From: Promethearchaeota archaeon
GTDB lineage: Archaea; Asgardarchaeota; Lokiarchaeia; Sigyniarchaeales; SOKP01
Length of the DNA: 46,551 nucleotides
Direction of reading: 5' to 3'
Assembly: GCA_048941265.1 (NCBI GenBank)
Contig: JBHLNT010000011.1
Location: forward strand, 1-46,551
Position numbers and translations under genes: made by a program. The notes beneath the pieces are model-generated. The model made no database searches and was not told where the DNA came from. It saw only the letters and a program-made list of their open reading frames with translations. Of the stretch, positions 28,585 through 39,401 are shown piece by piece; positions within the stretch are counted from its first letter, which is position 1; every line of letters starts with the position of its first letter.

Positions 28585-29226
28585 ATGAGTCAAAAAAATC
28601 AGCATTATTCAACTAAGTATCCAGATGTAAAGTTAAAGGTCTATACGATTTCAGAAAGTTTACGTAGACATCTTTATATATTTAAAACTGCGACTGGTGT
28701 GTTTTCTTTTAAAAAGATTGATTTAGGAACACAGATTTTAATTGAACATATGACTATTTCTAAAGATCCCAGTGTTTTATTAGATTTAGGATGTGGCTAT
28801 GGTTCAATTGGAATCGTTTTGGGCTATGAATCTCCTCAAAGTCAAATATATTTTATAGATATTAATAAAAGAGCCATCTGGTGTTCAAAACAAAATATTA
28901 AAATCAATTTTCCAGAGAATAGGAATCGTTTTATCGTGTTAAATGGGAATTACCTTGAACCCATAAAAAGAAAGAATATTAAGTTTGATGGGATTTATAT
29001 GAATCCTCCGATGAGAAAAGGAAGATCAGATTTTCTTAAATTAATGAATGAAATTCCTAGTGTCTTAAAACCAAATGGATTTTTTCAATTTGTAATTAAA
29101 AAAAAAATGGGTGCTTCTTATATAGAGAACTATCTTATTAATCATTTTCAGGAAGACAAATATAATTTTAATATTTTGTGTAAAAGAAGTGGGTATTGGG
29201 TTTTCAATTTAAGATTAAATAATTAA
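28585..29226 (+). CDS. RsmC/MTS-family SAM-dependent methyltransferase
   Basis: GVFS..IDLGT, LDLGCGYG, DINKRA, NPP. Confidence 0.9.
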   Translation: MSQKNQHYSTKYPDVKLKVYTISESLRRHLYIFKTATGVFSFKKIDLGTQILIEHMTISKDPSVLLDLGCGYGSIGIVLGYESPQSQIYFIDINKRAIWCSKQNIKINFPENRNRFIVLNGNYLEPIKRKNIKFDGIYMNPPMRKGRSDFLKLMNEIPSVLKPNGFFQFVIKKKMGASYIENYLINHFQEDKYNFNILCKRSGYWVFNLRLNN

Positions 29227-29332
29227 TTGTAGAATTATTGAAATTTTAATAGAATTTTAGAAAAATAGAAAAATTTTTTACCACCACTTCACTAATTTAA
29301 TAATAAGTTGGAACTTTAAGAGGAATTATTTT

Positions 29333-29590
29333 TTGACCAAGAAAAAAAAAATTGACGTATTATTACACGAACTTGTTCCGAAACATAAACTTTTAACTAA
29401 GCAAGAAACACTTGAACTCTTAGATAAATATCAAATTAGTGTTATTGATTTGCCACAGATCCTTGAGAAGGACCCAGTTGCTATTGCAATTGGAGCAAAA
29501 GAGGGTGATGTAGTAAGGATTATACGAGATTCTAATACTACAGTAAAAAAAATAAACTATTATCGATATGTTAAAAAAGAAAAAGCCTAA
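29333..29590 (+). CDS. rpoH: RNA polymerase subunit Rpo5 (H)
   Basis: HELVPKH, LPQI..DP, GDVVRIIR, YYRYV. Confidence 0.95.
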   Translation: MTKKKKIDVLLHELVPKHKLLTKQETLELLDKYQISVIDLPQILEKDPVAIAIGAKEGDVVRIIRDSNTTVKKINYYRYVKKEKA

Positions 29591-29643
29591 TAAAAGTTCT
29601 TTTTATAAAAATTTAAATTAATAGTAGGGGTGTAAATTAAAGT

Positions 29644-32600
29644 TTGATTTCTGAGAATTTATCAAATGAAGATAAATGGGTAATATTAAAGAGTCTATTT
29701 GATGAGAAAGGATTAGTTCGGCAACATTTAGATTCTTATAATAATTTCATTGAGCTTGAAATGCAGGAAATTGTGAATGAATCTGGTGAAGTAGTGCCCG
29801 ACATTCCCGGATTCAAGATAAAATTTGGGAAAATCAAGGTTGGTAATCCTAAAGTCCGTGAGGCTGACGGAGCAACTATGGAAATAACCCCCATTGAGGC
29901 CAGAATTAGAGAACTTTCATATGCAGCTGACATCACATTAGAAATGACTCCAATTACGATAGATGAGAGAACACAGAGAGAAGAAGCAGAAGAAACACTC
30001 GATATTTATATTGGTAAAATTCCAATAATGTTGAAAAGTTGCCGCTGTCCACTAGAGAATTTATCAGAACCAGAATTGATAAATCGCGGTGAAGATCCAT
30101 TAGATCCTGGCGGATATTTTATAATAAATGGGACTGAAAGAGTATTAGTAACTCAAGAAGATTTAGCTCCTAACAGGATATTAGCTGAAGAGGCGAGTAG
30201 AAGTTCAAGTGCTACTCATCAAGCTAAAGTATTTTCAACTCGAAGTGGATTTAGAGCTCCAGTTACAATAGAAAGGAAGAAAGATGGTAATTTAAGGGTT
30301 TCTTTCCCTTCTGTACCAGGAAAAATACCATTAGCCATTCTAATGCGTGCTCTAGGATTACATTCTGATAGAGAAATTTTCGAAGCGATATCAGAAAATC
30401 CAGAAATAGAAAAAGAATTAATTCCAGTTGTGGATGTTGCTGCCGAAATTCAGGTATTAAAAGATCCTGAAAAATCTCAACAAAATGCTCTTGATTATAT
30501 AGGAAAACGTGTTGCTATTGGACAAACTAAAGATTATCGTATTCGTAGAGCCCTTCAAGTTTTAGATAGATATCTTTTACCTCATATCGGTAACAATGAA
30601 GAAGATAGAATCAAAAAGGCCTATTATTTGGGACAAATGGCTCAAAAAGTTATGGAACTTGCATTAGCACTAAGAGAACCAGATGATAAGGATCATTATG
30701 CTAATAAACGGCTGAAGTTAGCAGGAGAACTGTTCACATCATTATTTAGAGTTGCGTTTCTAAATCTTGTTAAAGATATTAAATATCAATTAGAGCGAAC
30801 AGCTGTTCGAGGCAGAGCTCCAAACATAAAAACAGCAGTAAGAGCAGATGTAATTACTGAAAGAATAAGACACGCATTAGCAACTGGAAATTGGGTCGGT
30901 GGAAAAGCAGGCGTTAGTCAACTTTTAAATAGAACAAATCACGTAGGCACTTTAAGCCACTTAAGACGAGTAATATCACCTTTAAGTAGGAGTCAACCTC
31001 ATTTTGAAGCAAGAGATCTTCACCCTACTCAATGGGGTAAAATTTGTCCTGCCGAAACCCCTGAAGGCCCTAACTGTGGTTTAGTTAAAAATCTAGGTTT
31101 AACCTCGATTATCTCTGTCGGAACTGATGAGAGAATCCTTGAAAATATATTACTTGATTTAGGAGTAATACCTATAAATCAAGTTAAAAATATTAGGGGG
31201 GATAAAGTCAAGGTGTTTCTCAATGGTAAATTAATTGGAATTCATCAACAATACAATTCATTCATACGTCAAATTAGAGAGAAACGTAGGAAAGGAGAGA
31301 TTGGTCAATATGTTAATATTGGTTATTATCATGAGTCAAGGGAAATCCAAATAAATTGTGATGCCGGAAGAGCAACTAGACCTCTTTTTGTATTAAAAAA
31401 CAAAAATTTACTAATTAAGATGGAAGATATTGAGAAACTAAAACAGGGTAAATATATTTGGTCTGATCTAGTACAAAAAGGAGTCATTGAATATCTAGAT
31501 GCTGAAGAAGAAGAAAATGCCTATATAGCGATGTTTGAAGAAGATATAACTGCTGAGCATACTCATTTTGAAATATCTCCTGCTGCAATTCTAGGTATAT
31601 GTGCCTCTATTATACCTTTTCCTGAACATAATCAATCGCCAAGAAATACCTATGAAGCTGGGATGGTCAAGCAGGCGCTAGGATTATTTGCCGCGAATAT
31701 GCATTTGAGATTAGATACTAGAGGTCACACATTACATTATCCTCAACAACCACTAGTTAAGACCAGTCCCATGGAAATAGTCGGATTTAATCAGCGTCCT
31801 GCTGGTCAAAATTTTATTATTGCCATGATGAGTTTTGAAGGTTTTAACATAGAAGATGCGATTATAATTAATAAAGCTTCAATAAATCGTGGGTTGGCTC
31901 GTAGCCATTTCTTTAGAACTTACGATGCTGAAGAAAGAAAATATCCGGGTGGTGAAGTAGATAAATTTGAAATTCCTGAAAGAGGGGTGAGAGGATTTAA
32001 ATCTGCCGAGTCATATCGCCTATTATCTGAGGAAGATGGGATTATTGAACCTGAAACCAAAGTAGATGGAGGAGATGTACTAATTGGTAGAACTTCTCCA
32101 CCAAGATTTATAAAATCTTATGAAGAATTTGAATTAATGCAACCTAATAGAAGAGAAACTTCTAAAAATATGCGGCATAATGAAAAAGGGATTGTTGATA
32201 CCGTTATTATTTCGGAAACGGTTGATGGTAACAAACTTGTTAAAATTAAAGTGAGAGATTTAAGAATACCTGAATTAGGAGATAAATTTTCTTCTCGTCA
32301 TGGACAAAAAGGTGTACTTGGACTTTTAGTACCTGAATGTGATATGCCATTTACTTCGAAAGGAGTAATTCCTGATATTATAGTTAATCCCCACGCTATG
32401 CCATCGAGAATGACTTTAGGTCAGCTTTTTGAGGGTATTAGTGGTAAAATTGCATGTAATATGGGGAAACTAGGTGATGCTACAGCTTTCGAATGGAAAG
32501 ATATCACCAAACTTCAAGAACAATTAGTTGAAGCTGGATTTGAATTCAATGGAAGAGAAGTGATGTATAATGGTATAACAGGAGATAAATATGAAGCTGG

Positions 32601-33015
32601 AATTTATTGTGCTCCTATATATTATCAAAAACTGTATCATTTAGTAGCAGATAAGCTACATGCTAGAGCAAGGGGACCAGTACAAATTTTAACAAGACAA
32701 CCTACTGAAGGACGTGCTAGAGAGGGAGGATTAAGATTTGGAGAAATGGAACGAGATTGCTTGGTTGGGCATGGTTCGGCTTTATTGCTTAAAGAACGAT
32801 TGTTAGATGAGTCAGATAGAACAATAATTTTAGTATGTGAAAAATGTGGTCTCCTAGCTGTTTATGATAGGAATAGAGATAAACGATATTGCCCAGTATG
32901 TGGAGAAGGAACTGTAATTTCAAAAGTTGTTTGTTCTTATGCTTTCAAACTACTTTTACAGGAAATGATGAGCTTAGGGCTCGCACCTCGCTTAAAATTG
33001 AAGGAGAAAATTTGA
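29644..33015 (+). CDS. rpoB: RNA polymerase subunit Rpo2 (B), unsplit
   Basis: GGYFIINGTERV, CPAETPEG, GDKFSSRHGQKG, GGLRFGEMERD, C-terminal Zn ribbon. Confidence 0.98.
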   Translation: MISENLSNEDKWVILKSLFDEKGLVRQHLDSYNNFIELEMQEIVNESGEVVPDIPGFKIKFGKIKVGNPKVREADGATMEITPIEARIRELSYAADITLEMTPITIDERTQREEAEETLDIYIGKIPIMLKSCRCPLENLSEPELINRGEDPLDPGGYFIINGTERVLVTQEDLAPNRILAEEASRSSSATHQAKVFSTRSGFRAPVTIERKKDGNLRVSFPSVPGKIPLAILMRALGLHSDREIFEAISENPEIEKELIPVVDVAAEIQVLKDPEKSQQNALDYIGKRVAIGQTKDYRIRRALQVLDRYLLPHIGNNEEDRIKKAYYLGQMAQKVMELALALREPDDKDHYANKRLKLAGELFTSLFRVAFLNLVKDIKYQLERTAVRGRAPNIKTAVRADVITERIRHALATGNWVGGKAGVSQLLNRTNHVGTLSHLRRVISPLSRSQPHFEARDLHPTQWGKICPAETPEGPNCGLVKNLGLTSIISVGTDERILENILLDLGVIPINQVKNIRGDKVKVFLNGKLIGIHQQYNSFIRQIREKRRKGEIGQYVNIGYYHESREIQINCDAGRATRPLFVLKNKNLLIKMEDIEKLKQGKYIWSDLVQKGVIEYLDAEEEENAYIAMFEEDITAEHTHFEISPAAILGICASIIPFPEHNQSPRNTYEAGMVKQALGLFAANMHLRLDTRGHTLHYPQQPLVKTSPMEIVGFNQRPAGQNFIIAMMSFEGFNIEDAIIINKASINRGLARSHFFRTYDAEERKYPGGEVDKFEIPERGVRGFKSAESYRLLSEEDGIIEPETKVDGGDVLIGRTSPPRFIKSYEEFELMQPNRRETSKNMRHNEKGIVDTVIISETVDGNKLVKIKVRDLRIPELGDKFSSRHGQKGVLGLLVPECDMPFTSKGVIPDIIVNPHAMPSRMTLGQLFEGISGKIACNMGKLGDATAFEWKDITKLQEQLVEAGFEFNGREVMYNGITGDKYEAGIYCAPIYYQKLYHLVADKLHARARGPVQILTRQPTEGRAREGGLRFGEMERDCLVGHGSALLLKERLLDESDRTIILVCEKCGLLAVYDRNRDKRYCPVCGEGTVISKVVCSYAFKLLLQEMMSLGLAPRLKLKEKI

Positions 33016-33189
33016 ATAGATTTTTTATTACTCTTTATTATCATTTTCTTATAACTCTAATTATTTATATAATTCAAAAAGGTAACAGAAACAAGTCCTA
33101 AGCATCCACTTTGGTTGTCTTAATAATTGTTTAATTATATTCCAGAATAATTTATTCATAACGTTTCATTGATAGGTGGGTAAAGAAAT

Positions 33190-33480
33190 CTAATATCCCA
33201 CTTGGAGCAAGAAGAAATGAATCGAAAACGCTAAAAATAAGGAACCAGACACAATAGTTATAACTGATAGCCTAATTGAAATTTCCCTTCCATATTTGGT
33301 ATATAGTACTAATATTAACAAAAATAGCATCCCTAAACCAAAAAAAACCCAAGCTAATACCCATAAGACGATTGAAGGACCCTCAAAATATTCTTCTATA
33401 GGTCTTTGCTCTTCCCAGGGCCACTTAAAATTGTTTTGCAGAATTATATTAGTTATCAAAAAAAATAAGGTAAAAATCAT
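33190..33480 (-). CDS. Small membrane protein
   Basis: 96 aa with 2-3 hydrophobic segments. Confidence 0.65.
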   Translation of the reverse strand: MIFTLFFLITNIILQNNFKWPWEEQRPIEEYFEGPSIVLWVLAWVFFGLGMLFLLILVLYTKYGREISIRLSVITIVSGSLFLAFSIHFFLLQVGY

Positions 33481-33619
33481 TGTTAACCAAATTTTAATTT
33501 AAAAGCTTGTTTATGCTATAAATTTTTCATTTTTTTTTAAGTTTTTTAATAAATAGAATTTTAAAGATATGTTCTCTTATTATTATTAAAATTTTTAAAA
33601 AATCAAATTATAAGGAAAA

Positions 33620-34396
33620 ATGCATTATTTACGTGAGTTAGTTGAAAATCCTTCTTTAAAGGATCCGGCAAAAAATCATTTATATATTCACCGTCATTTC
33701 TATAGATATTCAAAAGGTGATTTTATAGGTCCTGCTCTAAAGATATCTATTACAAAAACAAGAATTACTCTTAGGGGATCACATGAATATGAAGATTTAA
33801 TTCAGGAAGTTGTACTTCAAACGACAAATAAAGATGAAATCGATGTTAATGGTGTTTTAATCACAGGAAGTAATGTTAATGATGATCTTCAAGCTTTAGG
33901 TTTAAATTGGAATTTAAAAAAATCAACTGGTAAGACAAAAAATTACAAAGCCGATATATCAGATAAAATTCCAAAAAAAAATTTACTCAAAACTATTGAA
34001 AAATTTCGAGTAAATTCATATCTTTTAATTTCATTTAATATTAACCCAGCTTGTAAAGTTTCTACTAAAAAAAGGATTCCCCAACCATCTAAGAAAAAAG
34101 TTGAGGAAGATGATATTAACTCCAGAATTCAATTCTGTACTGGAATAATTGAGAATACCGAAAAGAATGTCAAATTGCTAATAGATTCGGCATTACCAGA
34201 TTTTAAATCTGAAATTCCCAATCAATTCAAAAATTTAACATTATTAAATAATTATAATATCGAAGAAATTATTATTCCTAAAGATGTTACAAACTCTATG
34301 ATATTAAGAATATTAGCGATTAGAAAAGGGAAAATGTTTCGATCCCTACGAATTGATGATGAAATAATAGAAAAACAGTATAATATTGTCGTGTGA
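33620..34396 (+). CDS. Hypothetical protein upstream of TFE
   Basis: 258 aa ORF; HRHFYRYSKGDFIGP N-terminal motif; no function recognised. Confidence 0.7.
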   Translation: MHYLRELVENPSLKDPAKNHLYIHRHFYRYSKGDFIGPALKISITKTRITLRGSHEYEDLIQEVVLQTTNKDEIDVNGVLITGSNVNDDLQALGLNWNLKKSTGKTKNYKADISDKIPKKNLLKTIEKFRVNSYLLISFNINPACKVSTKKRIPQPSKKKVEEDDINSRIQFCTGIIENTEKNVKLLIDSALPDFKSEIPNQFKNLTLLNNYNIEEIIIPKDVTNSMILRILAIRKGKMFRSLRIDDEIIEKQYNIVV

Positions 34397-34497
34397 AATT
34401 AAAATTTGTAAAAAATGCTATAACATTTTAGTTAAATTTAATTTTTATTAAACACTTATAAATATCATAAAAAACTAAAATAAATAGGTATAGTGGT

Positions 34498-35110
34498 ATG
34501 TCTTTAAATCCCTTTTTAAGATCTCTTTTATACCTCATTGGTGGCGATGTAGCAATTGAAGTCGGAATAGAACTTTTAAATTCTGAAAATGAAGATATTA
34601 CTGATGAGGATATAACTGAAAATATTAAAGAACGCATTGAAAAGAAAGGAATAGATTTCGAGCCCGATGATAGTGATATATTAAAACTAAATACTGTTCG
34701 AAAAACACTCTATAAATTATATAGTGAAAAACTAGCTCAATTTAGACGAATTCGTGATAAATCCACGGGAAAGTTTACATATATAATGTAAGCTCCGGCA
34801 ATGGTTCATCTACTACTGGTGGCACGAATTTGATTTCATCGAAAGTATTTTATTGGAAAAAAAGAAGCTGGTTCAAAGGAAGTTGAGAGATAGATTGCAA
34901 TATGAGGAAAATAACTATTTCTTCATATGTAAGGCCTGTGGAATATCAAGTACAAAATTTAGATTCGATGAGGCATTTGAATTAAATTTTAGATGCCCTG
35001 AATGTGGAGGTCCCTTAGAGGCTCAGGATAATCAAAAAATTATTGATTTTTTAAAGACAAAGATTGTTCTTAATCAAAATATAACAATTAGTAAAGAGTT
35101 TGAGGAGTAA
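34498..35110 (+). CDS. tfe: Transcription factor E alpha, interrupted by a short insertion/intron
   Basis: 5' part: wHTH ITDEDI...LNTVRKTLYKL...RIRDKSTG. 3' part, in the +1 frame: WFIYYW...RLQYEENNYFFICKAC...FDEAFELNFRCPECG. Confidence 0.9.
34771..34801 (+). other. Putative BHB-like intron in tfe mRNA (28 or 31 nt)
   Basis: Inner stem GTTTACAT/ATGTAAGC, central helix CGGG/TCCG, bulges AAA and GCAA, outer CCA/TGG; contains an in-frame TAA; removal restores the frame. Confidence 0.75.
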
Positions 35111-35115
35111 TAATT

Positions 35116-35649
35116 TCATTTTTTCTTTTTAATAAACGCAATATCTCCCATTGAAGTAGTTGAGGATTTTTTCATGTATTTTTCAGTATTAACTTTAATT
35201 TCATCGGTGGCTTTTAGGATTTGAATATTATAGACTTCTTCAATCTTTTTTGCTAATTTTAAATTTGGTTCTACCTTCCCCGATTCAATTCTTCTAATTA
35301 AGGAGGGCTTTTCATTTAATTTTTGAGCAAATTGTTCTTGGGTAAGGTTTTTTTGCATTCTTGCATTTCGAATTCTCTTAGAATAATCAGAAACAATTTC
35401 TATCGATGGTTCAAGAGGAATAATTGACTTATTAGATGATTTACTTATTGTATTTTTTTGTTTATTAATGGAGATTCTTTTTATACTGGATATTTCAGTT
35501 TTAGGTATTATCTTTTTTCCATATTGGGCGCAACTTTGACAAACTGTTATTTTTGCTCCTTCGATTAAGACTTTTTGACCTTTACCCCAAATTTTGCCTC
35601 CACAAATGGGACAGTCATTATCTATTCTAATCTTTTTTTTATTATACAT
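35116..35649 (-). CDS. mbf1: Archaeal multiprotein bridging factor 1
   Basis: CPICG..IEGAKITVCQSC Zn ribbon plus HTH LTQEQFAQKLNEKPSLIRRIESG. Confidence 0.93.
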   Translation of the reverse strand: MYNKKKIRIDNDCPICGGKIWGKGQKVLIEGAKITVCQSCAQYGKKIIPKTEISSIKRISINKQKNTISKSSNKSIIPLEPSIEIVSDYSKRIRNARMQKNLTQEQFAQKLNEKPSLIRRIESGKVEPNLKLAKKIEEVYNIQILKATDEIKVNTEKYMKKSSTTSMGDIAFIKKKK

Positions 35650-35862
35650 AGAAAATCTTAAATTATATATATTAAAAATAAATCGTGTTATATGGTATAA
35701 ATTAGATAAAGGAAATTCTTATAATTTATGTTTTTATAGAAGTTTTATAAAATATAAAATATAGATTTTTTTTAAATCAAAAATTTAATTATAATGAAAA
35801 GATAGACTTAAATTTATATGAATAAAAGTTTATTATTAAATTAAATTCTTTCAAATATAAAC

Positions 35863-37089
35863 TTGGGTTTACTCATTTTGACGACGACGAAAGATAAGAA
35901 AAAGAAAGAAGAGACGAAAGATGGGGAGTATTTAATCACATACACGAGACATCTTGAAAAAAGGCTTCGTAATTTAGAAACTGAAAAACAGCTGTTAGAT
36001 GCAGAAAGATTAAGATTAGAGCAAGAGCTTCATAGTCTTAGGAATGAAATTGACAGATTACGAGAACCACCTTTAGTTTCAGCAACAATTATCGATATTT
36101 TAGATGAAAATAAAGGAAGAGCAATTGTAAAAAGCTCAACGGGTCCTAGCTTTGTAGTAAATGCCAGTAGAAAAGTGAAGAATGAGAAATTAAATCCTGG
36201 AATGAGAGTTGCATTAAATCAGCGTACTTTTGCTATTATGGAAATATTACCTACAAAATTGGATCCTTTCGTTAAAGGAATGGAAGTTATTGATTCAATT
36301 CCAGATATCTCATATGGTGATGTTGGTGGGCTGGAGGAGCAAATGCAAGAAGTTAGAGAAACCGTGGAATTGCCACTTAAAAAACCAGAATTATTTAAGA
36401 AAATAGGAATAGAACCTCCCAAAGGAGTTTTACTTTATGGTGCTCCAGGTACGGGAAAGACTTTATTAGCTAAAGCAGTTGCTCATGAGACTGAAGCAAC
36501 TTTCATAAGAATAATTGGATCAGAATTAGTTCAAAAATTTATTGGTGAAGGAGCTCGTTTAGTGAGAGAAATTTTTAATTTAGCGAAAGAAAAAGCTCCA
36601 ACAATTTTATTCATAGATGAATTGGATGCTATAGGATCTCAAAGGCTTAAAATTGCGACATCGGGAGATAGAGAGGTCCAAAGAACTTTAATGCAGTTAT
36701 TAAGCGAACTGGATGGCTTTGATATAAGAGGAGATGTAAAGATTATCGGTGCTACAAATAGGGTCGATATCTTAGATCCTGCATTATTGAGACCTGGAAG
36801 ATTTGATCGAATGATTGAATTTCCCATCCCAGATGAAATTTCAAGAGAAGCAATTTTTAAGATTCATACTAGGAACTTAAATGTGGAGAATGACTTAAAT
36901 ATCAAAAAGTTTGTTAATCTTACAGAAGGTTCTACAGGAGCAGATATTAAAGCAATATGTACTGAAGCGGGAATGTATGCTATACGTAGAGATGCCGAAA
37001 TGATTAAGGAAAATGATTTTATTGATGCTATAAATAAAGTTATGCGTAAAGCAAAGGAGAAATTTGTAGATTCAAGACTTTACATGTAA
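35863..37089 (+). CDS. pan: Proteasome-activating nucleotidase
   Basis: Coiled coil + [28 protein letters not shown], HbYX tail LYM; start may be TTG at 35878. Confidence 0.96.
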   Translation: MGLLILTTTKDKKKKEETKDGEYLITYTRHLEKRLRNLETEKQLLDAERLRLEQELHSLRNEIDRLREPPLVSATIIDILDENKGRAIVKSSTGPSFVVNASRKVKNEKLNPGMRVALNQRTFAIMEILPTKLDPFVKGMEVIDSIPDISYGDVGGLEEQMQEVRETVELPLKKPELFKKIGIEPPKGVLLYGAPGTGKTLLAKAVAHETEATFIRIIGSELVQKFIGEGARLVREIFNLAKEKAPTILFIDELDAIGSQRLKIATSGDREVQRTLMQLLSELDGFDIRGDVKIIGATNRVDILDPALLRPGRFDRMIEFPIPDEISREAIFKIHTRNLNVENDLNIKKFVNLTEGSTGADIKAICTEAGMYAIRRDAEMIKENDFIDAINKVMRKAKEKFVDSRLYM

Positions 37090-37185
37090 AGATATTTTTC
37101 TTCTTAAATTTTTATTTCAATATTAACTTATCTAGTAATAGTTAGATTATTTATCTATAAAGTATCTACGAGCTAAATTTATAAA

Positions 37186-37677
37186 TTGAGTATTAATTAT
37201 TTATTAGGACTGCGGAAAGCTAAAGCTATATGTGATTATCAGTTTGGACCGAATATAACCGACATTCTATTTAGGAATGAAGAGGATATTCGCCTTGAAA
37301 GGTCAAAAAATACAGATAAAATCAGATACATATATATAAAAGACAAATTACTATTAACTTTGCGACCAAATAATGGGTTTTTCACGTTAAGTTTTTTTTC
37401 TGCTAAAAAAATTATAAAAAATACCACACCTCCAAAATTAAGGGCAATTGTATTAACTGAAATTTCAGAATTTATTAAACAAGGACGAAATGTTTTCTGT
37501 AAACATATTATTAATATTGATGAAAATCTAAGACCTATGGATGAGGTTATTATAGTTGATCAGAATGATGAGTTATTAGCAATAGGGAGGTTAAAAATTC
37601 CGATTGCTTATGTCAAAACTTTTAAAAATGGCGTGGCTATTAATGTTAGAAAAGGAATTAATAAATCAAAAGGTTAA
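37186..37677 (+). CDS. PUA-domain protein (archaeosine TGT C-terminal-like)
   Basis: DYQFG, GRNVFCKH, RPMDEV, GVAINVRKG. Confidence 0.85.
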   Translation: MSINYLLGLRKAKAICDYQFGPNITDILFRNEEDIRLERSKNTDKIRYIYIKDKLLLTLRPNNGFFTLSFFSAKKIIKNTTPPKLRAIVLTEISEFIKQGRNVFCKHIINIDENLRPMDEVIIVDQNDELLAIGRLKIPIAYVKTFKNGVAINVRKGINKSKG

Positions 37678-37714
37678 AAATTAAAATTAATTTTATAAAT
37701 ATAGTGAAAGAGTT

Positions 37715-38191
37715 ATGAAATTGCCTAAAGAAATGCAAAAAAAAGCAAAAAATAAACCGAAACGTCCTCAAGCAGTTAAAAAGAGAGAGGGTCAACAATT
37801 CGGATCTAGACAAATGCGTAGAAAAATGCAGCAACAGGGTATAGACATGGATCAAGTCGATGCTACAAGAGTTATTATCGAAGGACCTGAGAAAACTCTC
37901 GTTATTACTCAACCTGAAGTAGTTTTAATGAGACAAGCAGGTCAAGAGATTTACCAGGTAATTGGAACGGCTGAAGAATTTTCTCCAGAAGAAATTGCGG
38001 TCAATGAAGCAGAGAAAACAGAGGAGTTAGAACCATTAGATGAAGCTGAAATAAAAACTACAATTACTGAAAATGATATAATGCTAGTAGCAGCACAAGC
38101 AAATGTTGATCGCGACGAAGCTGAAGCTACATTAATAGATTGCAATGGTGATATTGCGAAAGCTATTTTACTTCTTAAAAATAGACCTTAA
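37715..38191 (+). CDS. nac: Nascent polypeptide-associated complex protein
   Basis: RQMRRKMQQQGI, YQVIG, UBA-like DIMLVAAQA...GDIAKAIL. Confidence 0.93.
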   Translation: MKLPKEMQKKAKNKPKRPQAVKKREGQQFGSRQMRRKMQQQGIDMDQVDATRVIIEGPEKTLVITQPEVVLMRQAGQEIYQVIGTAEEFSPEEIAVNEAEKTEELEPLDEAEIKTTITENDIMLVAAQANVDRDEAEATLIDCNGDIAKAILLLKNRP

Positions 38192-38285
38192 ATTCTTAAA
38201 ATGAGAATTTGGATAATAAGAAAACATTAAGAATAATGAAAACATTTAAAATATATTAATAAGGAATTATAAGGAATGAATAGGC

Positions 38286-38642
38286 ATGTCTAAAATTAAA
38301 AAAAAAACTGAAGAACGCTCAACAACAACTATTTCGAAAAAGGACATTGCATTTGAGAAATCAATCCGGTTTTGTGCTTGGTTTTTTTTAATCTCTTTAA
38401 GTGTATTTCTCGCTTATTATGGCATTTTTGATGTTTTATTAGAAAGAATTGATCTAGAAATCACTGCTGTGCTGTTTTCCTATGCTATTTTCACAGGAAC
38501 ATCTTCGGCACTTTGTTTTGCCTTATCAACAAAAATAAGTAGAAATAGAGACAGGAAGAGCGAAATATTTATAGATTGGATTATTGCTGAATTTTTGCTT
38601 TGTATGTTTGCTATTTTTTCTGTAGCTGTTTACCAATGGTAA
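38286..38642 (+). CDS. Small membrane protein (3 TM)
   Basis: Three hydrophobic segments. Confidence 0.7.
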   Translation: MSKIKKKTEERSTTTISKKDIAFEKSIRFCAWFFLISLSVFLAYYGIFDVLLERIDLEITAVLFSYAIFTGTSSALCFALSTKISRNRDRKSEIFIDWIIAEFLLCMFAIFSVAVYQW

Positions 38643-38645
38643 AAA

Positions 38646-38978
38646 TTATTTATAATCATCCCTTGATGGACTGAAAACCTCTATAACTTCAGCAGTTTCT
38701 AATATTTTTGCACCGTGTTTTTCCCAAGCATCAAAAACATAGCTATCTCCTGTTTGAGCTATAAAATTTCCTCTAGTTTCGGTTATAAATTGTAATTTTC
38801 CCGATATTACATATCCTATCTGATGAGCCTCGTGATCATGGAGAGGAATTTCAGCATCCTTTTCAAGATCAAAAAAACATAACATAACAGAATCGTTATA
38901 TGCCATCGTTTTCCTATAAATTCCATCTAAAGCTTTAAATTTTCGGATACTATCTTTATTTACTGGTCCTTTTATCAA
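38646..38978 (-). CDS. Cupin domain protein
   Basis: PLHDHEAHQIGYV, HGA, FSPSRDDY. Confidence 0.9.
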   Translation of the reverse strand: MIKGPVNKDSIRKFKALDGIYRKTMAYNDSVMLCFFDLEKDAEIPLHDHEAHQIGYVISGKLQFITETRGNFIAQTGDSYVFDAWEKHGAKILETAEVIEVFSPSRDDYK

Positions 38979-39401
38979 TTCTTTTAACCTCTTGTTTCGA
39001 TTTAATAATTTTTTTATTTAAATATATACAAGATTAATTCTTATAAAATTTTACAATAAAAAATGAAAAGCTTTTCACTGACTAGCGACAGAATTCTCTA
39101 AGAAGAGAAATTAGAAAACTAATAAACTCTCTAAATACAAAAATCTTAAAACGTTAAGAATTTCAAATAGAAAAACTTTTATGAGATCATTATCGCATTA
39201 ATAGGAAAAATTAAAATTGAAATTACAAATAAATTTTTATATTTATTGAAGAAAAGTATAATGTAATTAATTAATATTTTTTCTGCATGAAAGAGATAAT
39301 TCAGTTGGGATTGCCGACAAAAATTTTTAATGTATTAGTTTAAGATTAAAATCTATTTTAAAATAGATAAATTACAAATAAAAGATAATTGATGGATTAT
39401 A

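Noticed and set aside
34498-35110. tfe as two separate genes or a simple 1-nt sequencing frameshift
   Set aside because: The halves join within one conserved motif and are separated by ~31 extra structured nt, not a single indel. An assembly artefact is not formally excluded.
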